Shown here: positions 7,665 through 13,293 of the stretch, in pieces
How positions within the stretch are numbered: the stretch's first letter is position 1
Layout of the letters: every line of letters starts with the position of its first letter
Program-made: the position numbers and the translations under genes
Assembly: GCA_031366795.1 (NCBI GenBank)
Contig: JANLOX010000103.1
Coordinates: forward strand, 1 to 13,293
Length of the DNA: 13,293 bases
Origin: Candidatus Eiseniibacteriota bacterium
Lineage (GTDB): Bacteria > Eisenbacteria > RBG-16-71-46
Reading direction: 5' to 3'
Notes under the pieces: generated by a model
Databases searched by the model: none
The model's input: only the letters and a program-made list of their open reading frames with translations
Told to the model about the DNA's origin: nothing

Positions 7665-8717
7665 TCAATCCCAACGGAACAGGCGCAGCGCGACGGCGAA
7701 CGCCACCACGGTCCACGCCGCCAGCAGCGCGATGGGAGCGGCCGAGGCGGTGAGGCTCGCGCCTTCGTTCATCACCGCGCGCAGCGCGCTGTTGATGATG
7801 GTGAGCGGCAACGCCTGGACAAACGGCTGGAGGAACGCGGGAAAGCGCTCCGAGGGAAAGAAGGTTCCCGACAGCAGCCACATCGGCAGCATGACGAAGT
7901 TCATCAGGCCCGACACCGCCTCGATGGTGCGGGCGCGGCTGGCGACGAGCAGGCCGAGCGCCGAGAACGCCAGTGCCCCGACGAAGCACAGAATGACCAG
8001 CGCTGGCCACGAGCCGCGCACGGAGACGCCGAAGGCCAGCATGCCGAAGCCGAGCACCGCCAGCACTTCGAGCGCCAGCCACACCATGCGCGCGAGCATC
8101 AAGGACAGCAGGTAGTCGCGCCGTCGCATCGGCGTGGCGACGAGACGCTTGAGCAGCTTTTGCTGCCGCGCGTTCGCGATGGGGAAGCCGATGCCCCACA
8201 TCCCGGTGCCCAGCAGGTTCATGCCGATGAGTCCCGGAATCAGGAAGTCGATATAGCGTGAGCCCGGGCGCACTCGCGTGTCGGTGGATGCGCGCACGAT
8301 GTCGGCGCGCCCGGCGCCCCGCTCGAGGGCGTCCTGCACCAAGAGGTAGGCGAGCCGTGTCTCCGGACGCGAAGGATCATAGGCAATGACGGGCGGCCCG
8401 ACGAGCGGCACGCGTACGAACACCGCGATGCGGCCTCGCCTGAGCGCCAGCGCGCCCTGCTCGGCCGACAGCGTATCGGTCAAGAGATCGCGCGATGCCC
8501 GCAGCGACGCGATCGCCGCAGCGGATCGCGGACCACTCTCGATCGCGACATACGAGGTCTGTGGGCCCTGGTTGCGGAAGGCGATGCCGAGCGCCAGGGC
8601 CATCAGCACCGGGAAGGCGAACACCCAGAACAAGGCCTCGGGTTCGCGCAGGAACACCACGATGCGCTGCAGCGTGAGCTGCGCCAGTGCCGAATCACGC
8701 AGTCCGCGCCTACTCAT
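7665..8717 (-). CDS. ABC-2 type exporter permease
   Basis: 350 aa; FLREPEALFWVFAFP, extracytoplasmic loop, RYIDFLIPGLIGMNLL, LKRLVATP, LLSGTFFP..FPAFLQ..LPLT; start overlaps ATPase stop by 8 nt. Confidence 0.93.
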   Translation of the reverse strand: MSRRGLRDSALAQLTLQRIVVFLREPEALFWVFAFPVLMALALGIAFRNQGPQTSYVAIESGPRSAAAIASLRASRDLLTDTLSAEQGALALRRGRIAVFVRVPLVGPPVIAYDPSRPETRLAYLLVQDALERGAGRADIVRASTDTRVRPGSRYIDFLIPGLIGMNLLGTGMWGIGFPIANARQQKLLKRLVATPMRRRDYLLSLMLARMVWLALEVLAVLGFGMLAFGVSVRGSWPALVILCFVGALAFSALGLLVASRARTIEAVSGLMNFVMLPMWLLSGTFFPSERFPAFLQPFVQALPLTIINSALRAVMNEGASLTASAAPIALLAAWTVVAFAVALRLFRWD

Positions 8718-9684
8718 TGCGCAGCGTCCTTCCGGTCAGGCTCATGAACACGTCCTCGAGCGTCGCATGGTGCGTCGTGAGCCGGGCCAGTGGGAAGTTG
8801 CGGCGCGCCAGTTCGGCGAGTAATGAAGGAATCGCCACATGCGGCTCGCGCACGATCAGTGCGAAGCCACTCGCTTCGCGGCGCGCCTGCGAGACACCGG
8901 GCAGGCTCGCCAGCTCAGCGGCGTCGAGCTCGCCTTCGACAGTGAAGTCGATGACGTGTTCCGCGCCGAGCAGCAGGATCAGCTCGCGCGGCGTCCCCTG
9001 CGCGATGACCTTGCCGTGGTCCACGATGGCCACGCGGTCGCACAGCTTCTCCGCTTCGTCCATGTAGTGAGTGGTGAGCAACACCGTGCCGCCCTTATGG
9101 CGAAACTCTTCAATCAAGTCCCAGACCTGCCGGCGCGATTGCGGATCGAGTCCCGTCGTGGGCTCATCGAGGAACAGCACCTCGGGATCGTTGACGAGTG
9201 CGCAGGCGAGCGAGAGCCGCTGGCGCTGCCCGCCCGAAAGCTGAACCACCCAGGTACGCCGCTTCTCTTCGAGCGAGACGCGTGCAATCACTTCGTCCAC
9301 ACTGGGGCCGCGCGTGTAGAAGCTGCGGAACAGCGCGAGCGTTTCCTCGACACTCGCCTTGTCGGTGAGCTTGGTCTCCTGCAGCTGGATGCCGAGCCGC
9401 TCCCGCAATTCGCGATCCCGGCCCCGTCCCCAGTGGCCACCCAGCACCTGCACTTCGCCGCCGTCGGCGGGGAGCAGCCCCTCGAGGATCTCAATCGTGG
9501 TCGTCTTGCCCGCGCCATTTGGCCCAAGCAGGCCGAAACACTCGCCCGCGCGGATCTCGAGGTCGAGTCCGTCCACCGCCACCAGCTGGCCGTAGCGCTT
9601 GACCAGCCCACGGCAGAGCAGCGCGGGCGCAGTCGAAGGCGGGGAGTGCGCAGGGGGGACGGGGGCAGCCAAGGAGGAGGACAT
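8710..9684 (-). CDS. ABC transporter ATP-binding protein (multidrug/DrrA-NodI-like)
   Basis: Walker A GPNGAGKTT, signature LSGGQ, Walker B VLFLDEP, H-loop TTH, C-terminal ATLEDVFMSLTG. Start moved to ATG 9684 because the 9735 start overlaps the divergent gene. Confidence 0.95.
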   Translation of the reverse strand: MSSSLAAPVPPAHSPPSTAPALLCRGLVKRYGQLVAVDGLDLEIRAGECFGLLGPNGAGKTTTIEILEGLLPADGGEVQVLGGHWGRGRDRELRERLGIQLQETKLTDKASVEETLALFRSFYTRGPSVDEVIARVSLEEKRRTWVVQLSGGQRQRLSLACALVNDPEVLFLDEPTTGLDPQSRRQVWDLIEEFRHKGGTVLLTTHYMDEAEKLCDRVAIVDHGKVIAQGTPRELILLLGAEHVIDFTVEGELDAAELASLPGVSQARREASGFALIVREPHVAIPSLLAELARRNFPLARLTTHHATLEDVFMSLTGRTLRNE

Positions 9685-9733
9685 GGAGTTCGCACTATAG
9701 AAGGGGGCTCGGGATGGGTACAATTGTTGGCCC
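9685..9733. promoter_or_regulatory. Bidirectional sigma-70-type promoter region
   Basis: Minus strand TTGTAC(9723-9718)-18 nt-TATAGT(9699-9694)-9 nt-ATG; plus strand TACAAT(9719-9724)-9 nt-ATG 9734; no SD for either gene. Confidence 0.65.
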
Positions 9734-11692
9734 ATGCGCTATCCCGCTTTGCTCCCCGCCGGTGTCGTCCTGTTGCTGTGCGCGCTGGCGCCGCCGGGCA
9801 ACGCGCAGCTTCCGCCACCGCTTGCCGCGCCGCCGGCACCCATCCATGGCGCCGTGACGCCCGCGAAGGCGCTGCTCGGCAAGACATTGTTCTGGGACGA
9901 ACAGTTGTCGAGTTCCCGCACGGTGGCCTGCGGCTCGTGCCACCAGGCCGCATCAGGCGGCTCCGATCCGCGCTCGCTTCCCGGCGCGTCGCGCGCAACT
10001 CATCCCGGGCTCGATGCCGTCGCGGGCACGCCGGACGACGTCAGCGGCTCGCCGGGAATCGTGGCGCGCGATGCGACGGACGCGCTGAAGTGGTCGGCCA
10101 CGTTCGGGTTGCGCGAGCAAGTCACGCCGCGCCTCGCGCCCTCGCACATCAATGCGGCCTACGCGTCCTGGTTGTTCTGGGATGGGCGCGCCCCGGGGCC
10201 GTTCTTTGATCCCGAGAACGCCGATCTGCTGTTCTTTGACGGTGCCGCCCTCGAAAACCAGGCAACCGGTCCGCCGCTCTCCGGTGTCGAGATGGCACAT
10301 GCGGGGCGCGAGTGGAGCGACGTGACGGCACGCATCATCACGGCACTCCCGCTGGCGTTGGCGACGGCGTTGCCGCCCGACCTCGCCGGCAATCTCGCGG
10401 GGCGCTCCTACCCGCAACTGTTCGCCGCGGCCTTCGGCACCAGCGAGGTCACGGCGTCGCGGATCGCCATGGCGATCGCCAGCTACGAACGCACGTTGTT
10501 CTCGAACCAATCACCGTTTGATTCGCTGCTCGCGGGAACCACGACGCTGAGCGAGGACGAAACTGTTGGCTTGCAATTGTTCCAGATGAACTGCGCCGGC
10601 TGCCACTCGGGGGCCCTGCTCACGGACCAATCGTTCCACAATATCGGCGTGCGTCCCGCGGCCGAGGACTCGGGGCGGTTCGCCGTTTCGCACGACCCCA
10701 ACGACCTTGGCGCCTTTCGCACCCCGAGCCTGCGCAATGCGGCGCTGCGGCCCGCGTTCATGCACGACGGGCGCTTCTCGACGCTCGAACAGGTGGTCGA
10801 GTTCTACGATCGCGGCGGCGACTTCAATGCGCCGAACAAGGACCTGCGCATCATTCCGCTTGGCCTCTCCGCCACGGAGCGCGCGCAGTTGGTCACCTTC
10901 CTCAAGCGGCCGCTGACTGACCCACGCGTCGCCGCGGCAATCTTCCCGTTCGACCAGCCCGCGCTGTTCTCAAGCAGCGCACTCGTGCCGCAGGTTCTGG
11001 CAGGAGGGGTGAGCGGCTCATCAGGACAGCCCCCGACGCCGGTTGCGCTGGAGCCTGCCATCGCCGGCAATCCCACGTGCTCCGTCGGCGTCTATGCCGC
11101 ATTGGGCGGTGCGTCCGCGGTGCTCGTCGTGGACGACGTCGTACCGCCTTTGGGCAATGGCATTCCTGCGATGGGATCCTTCGCGCGACAGGCGGTCATC
11201 CTCGAGGGCAGCGGCGTGAGCGGCGGCCACGGTTCGGTTACCTTGCAGATTCCCAGCCAGGCGGCGGAGTACGGTCGCATGTTGTACGCGCGCTGGTATG
11301 TCACCGACCCCGCGGCCGCGGGGGGCGTGGCGGCATCGGCGCCGTTCCGCTTCACCCTCTTTGGTCCGCATGGCTCGGGCGGCTCACTCCTCGGCGTCGT
11401 GCCAAACCCGCGGCAGGAACTGTCACTCGCCAGCGCGCCAAACCCATTCGTCGCCCGAACGACCTTGCGTTTCGAGTTGGCCCACGCCAGCCGCGTGCGG
11501 TTGGAGTTGTACGACATCGCCGGGCGGCGCGTACGGCAGTTGTTCGAGCGACCGCTCGCCATGGCAGGCAGCTATGCGTTTGCCTGGGACGGGCGCGATG
11601 ATCGCGGCGTCGCGGCGCCACGCGGAGTGTACTTCGCGCGACTCGAGACAAAGCATGCCGTGAATTCGGTCCGGCTCTTCCGGGTAGATTGA
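9734..11692 (+). CDS. Secreted di-heme cytochrome c peroxidase/MauG-family protein with an extra domain and C-terminal FlgD Ig-like (T9SS-CTD-like) domain
   Basis: Signal peptide to PGNA|Q; LGKTLFWDEQLS; CGSCH (9929-9943); LFWDGR; CAGCH (10592-10606); GAFRTPSLRN..FMHDGRFSTLEQVVEFY; C-terminal APNPF..LRFEL..VRLELYDIAGRRVR..WDGRDDRG..GVYFARL. Confidence 0.92.
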   Translation: MRYPALLPAGVVLLLCALAPPGNAQLPPPLAAPPAPIHGAVTPAKALLGKTLFWDEQLSSSRTVACGSCHQAASGGSDPRSLPGASRATHPGLDAVAGTPDDVSGSPGIVARDATDALKWSATFGLREQVTPRLAPSHINAAYASWLFWDGRAPGPFFDPENADLLFFDGAALENQATGPPLSGVEMAHAGREWSDVTARIITALPLALATALPPDLAGNLAGRSYPQLFAAAFGTSEVTASRIAMAIASYERTLFSNQSPFDSLLAGTTTLSEDETVGLQLFQMNCAGCHSGALLTDQSFHNIGVRPAAEDSGRFAVSHDPNDLGAFRTPSLRNAALRPAFMHDGRFSTLEQVVEFYDRGGDFNAPNKDLRIIPLGLSATERAQLVTFLKRPLTDPRVAAAIFPFDQPALFSSSALVPQVLAGGVSGSSGQPPTPVALEPAIAGNPTCSVGVYAALGGASAVLVVDDVVPPLGNGIPAMGSFARQAVILEGSGVSGGHGSVTLQIPSQAAEYGRMLYARWYVTDPAAAGGVAASAPFRFTLFGPHGSGGSLLGVVPNPRQELSLASAPNPFVARTTLRFELAHASRVRLELYDIAGRRVRQLFERPLAMAGSYAFAWDGRDDRGVAAPRGVYFARLETKHAVNSVRLFRVD

Positions 11693-11703
11693 CCGGTCGA
11701 GTC

Positions 11704-11721
11704 CGGCATCGAGTCATGCCG
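11704..11721 (+). terminator. Possible intrinsic terminator after the peroxidase gene
   Basis: CGGCAT-CGAGTC-ATGCCG 6-bp stem followed by CCTTTCC, 11 nt after the stop; weak U-tract. Confidence 0.4.
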
Positions 11722-11796
11722 CCTTTCCCATGTCGTGGCGGATGGCGTAGTGTCCCGCGCATTGCAACGTGTCCGCGCCTGCCTCTGAACGGCGCG

Positions 11797-11812
11797 TGGC
11801 CCAGGCCTCGCT
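11797..11812 (+). promoter_or_regulatory. Possible sigma-54 promoter for the aldo/keto reductase
   Basis: TGGCCC-AGGCC-TCGCT, GG-N10-GC spacing, two mismatches to consensus, 47 nt before ATG. Confidence 0.4.
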
Positions 11813-11859
11813 TCAACCGAACGATCCTCCGGCCTCAATCACGATAGAAGGAGCCATTC

Positions 11860-12903
11860 ATGAATTACCGCAACCTCGGGTCCTCGGGGCTCAAGGTTTC
11901 CGAGATCTCGCTCGGCTCCTGGACGACGTACGGTGGATCGATCGGCCGAAGCGAATCCAAGTTGATCGTGCGCCGCGCCTTCGAGCAGGGCATCAACCTG
12001 TTCGACACCGCCAACGTCTATGCGAAGGGCGAAGCCGAGCGCGCGCTGGCCGAAGGCATTCGCGAGTTGCCGCGTGAGCAACTCGTGATCGCCACGAAAT
12101 GCCTGGGACGGATGTGGGAGGGACCGCTTGGCCGCGGCCTGTCGCGCAAGCACATGATGGACGCCTGCGACCACAGCCTCCAGCGACTCGGCGTGGACTA
12201 CATCGACCTCTACCAGTTTCACGCGCCCGACCCCGAGACGCCACTCGAGGAGTCCCTGCGCGCACTCGAGGACCTCGTGTGCGAGGGCAAGGTGCGCTAT
12301 GCGGGCTTCTCGAACTTCGATCACGATCCCAAGCTCGCCGACGAAGTCGTCGCCATCCAGAAGCGCGCGGGCTACTCGCCCATGGTTTCGAGCCAGCCGC
12401 GTTATAACCTGTTCGACCGCCACGTCGAGGACGCGCACGTCGCCTACTGCAAGAAGAACGGCATCGGCATGATCGTGTACTCGCCGCTCGCGCAGGGCGT
12501 GCTCACCAACAAGTACGCCGGCGGACAACTGCCGCAGGGCAGCCGCGCCACGGGGGCGTTCAAGCATTTCCTCGAGCAGGAGAAGGCGCTGACACCCGAA
12601 AACATTGCCGCCGCCGAGCGGCTCGGCGCATGGTGTGCGCCGCGTTCGCTTACGCCCGCCGCCGTCTCGCTGGCGTGGGTGCTGCGCTGCCCGCAGGTGT
12701 CGAGCACCATCGTCGGCGCTTCGTCGATCGCGCAGCTCGATGACAACCTGAAGGCCGTCGAGGTCAGCCTGACGCCGGCCGAATGGCGTGAAGTCGAGGC
12801 CGCGATCGAAGGCCCCAAGTCCACCAAGACGGCCAAGACGGCGAAAGTCACGAAGGCGGCCAGTCCTGCGAAGCCAATGCGGCGGGCGGCGAAGGCACGC
12901 TAG
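11860..12903 (+). CDS. Aldo/keto reductase (Kv-beta/aryl-alcohol dehydrogenase-like subfamily)
   Basis: SD AAGGAG; MNYRNLGSSGLKVSEISLG; tetrad residues in FDTANVY, IATK, DLYQFH; GKVRYAGFSN; YSPLAQGVLTNKY; basic C-terminal tail. Confidence 0.95.
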   Translation: MNYRNLGSSGLKVSEISLGSWTTYGGSIGRSESKLIVRRAFEQGINLFDTANVYAKGEAERALAEGIRELPREQLVIATKCLGRMWEGPLGRGLSRKHMMDACDHSLQRLGVDYIDLYQFHAPDPETPLEESLRALEDLVCEGKVRYAGFSNFDHDPKLADEVVAIQKRAGYSPMVSSQPRYNLFDRHVEDAHVAYCKKNGIGMIVYSPLAQGVLTNKYAGGQLPQGSRATGAFKHFLEQEKALTPENIAAAERLGAWCAPRSLTPAAVSLAWVLRCPQVSSTIVGASSIAQLDDNLKAVEVSLTPAEWREVEAAIEGPKSTKTAKTAKVTKAASPAKPMRRAAKAR

Positions 12904-12962
12904 CAAGTCGCGGTCAGTCATTCGCCATCCAGCATCTCCGCGAGCCAGTCGCTATCCAGCAC

Positions 12963-12991
12963 TTGACGCCACTCGCGCCTTGCTTGAGACT
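12963..12991 (+). promoter_or_regulatory. Possible sigma-70 promoter for the downstream dehydrogenase
   Basis: TTGACG-17 nt-GAGACT; good -35, weak -10. Confidence 0.4.
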
Positions 12992-13101
12992 TGTGGGGAG
13001 GGATCGCGTCGAGTGTCGTTGTGCCTGTGCGCAATAGTGCCGGGTCCCGCCCCGACGACTGGACAGCATGGCCCCTGCATCCCTTTCACGGAGTATTCGA
13101 C

Positions 13102-13293
13102 ATGCGTGGCGAGTCCCCCATCATCCTGCTGCTCGCTCTCGCGGCGATGCTGGCAACGGTCGCGCGCGAGTCCTCAGGCTCGACCTTCCCCACGAGTTTT
13201 GCCATCGACGACGCGGCGCCTGCCGCCGGCTTCGTCGATCCCACGGGTATGGCATTCCTGCCCGACGGCCGCTTCTTCGTGACCGAGAAGCGT
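13102..13293 (+). CDS. PQQ-dependent sugar dehydrogenase (glucose/sorbosone dehydrogenase beta-propeller family), 5' part only
   Basis: Absent from the ORF track (runs off window). SD GGAG 13090-13093; my translation MRGESPIILLLALAAMLATVARESSGSTFPTSFAIDDAAPAAGFVDPTGMAFLPDGRFFVTEKR has a signal peptide and the first-blade motif P..MAFLPDGR.FVTEK. Confidence 0.8.
   Translation, partial: MRGESPIILLLALAAMLATVARESSGSTFPTSFAIDDAAPAAGFVDPTGMAFLPDGRFFVTEKR

Noticed and set aside
8839..10209. 456-aa plus-strand ORF
   Set aside because: Antisense to the ABC ATPase and out of frame over the peroxidase; no motifs.
11839..12921. 360-aa minus-strand ORF
   Set aside because: Antisense mirror of the well-supported aldo/keto reductase; Arg/Leu-rich with no recognisable domain.
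12788..13282. 164-aa plus-strand ORF
   Set aside because: Ser/Arg/Pro-rich off-frame read overlapping the AKR end and the true 13102 gene.
1..13293. CRISPR array, tRNA/rRNA, IS/integrase or anti-phage defence genes
   Set aside because: No regularly spaced repeats, cloverleaf, terminal inverted repeats or relevant protein motifs seen by eye; intergenic gaps are all about 200 nt or less.

Overview
High-GC bacterial window with about 11 intact genes and one decayed gene; no rRNA, tRNA, CRISPR array, transposase or integrase was recognised. Left block: a Fet4-like low-affinity iron permease family gene overlapping a DAG-kinase-family/PAP2-phosphatase fusion (+), converging on a minus-strand YtxG(DUF948)-like/YtxH-like pair with a good sigma-54 promoter and a large GH63 (MGH1-like) glycoside hydrolase. 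This resembles a general-stress cluster (inference). Middle: a secreted multidomain gene broken into four reading-frame segments (6052-7317, pseudogene), then an ABC-2 exporter operon with a small extra gene. It shares a 49-bp bidirectional, apparently leaderless promoter region with a secreted di-heme cytochrome c peroxidase/MauG-family protein that carries two stacked C-terminal domains. Right: an aldo/keto reductase with a Lys/Ala-rich tail, and the start of a PQQ-dependent sugar dehydrogenase missing from the ORF track. FlgD-like C-terminal domains plus high GC suggest an FCB-related lineage such as Candidatus Eisenbacteria; this is inference only. All family assignments come from motif recognition, with no database search.
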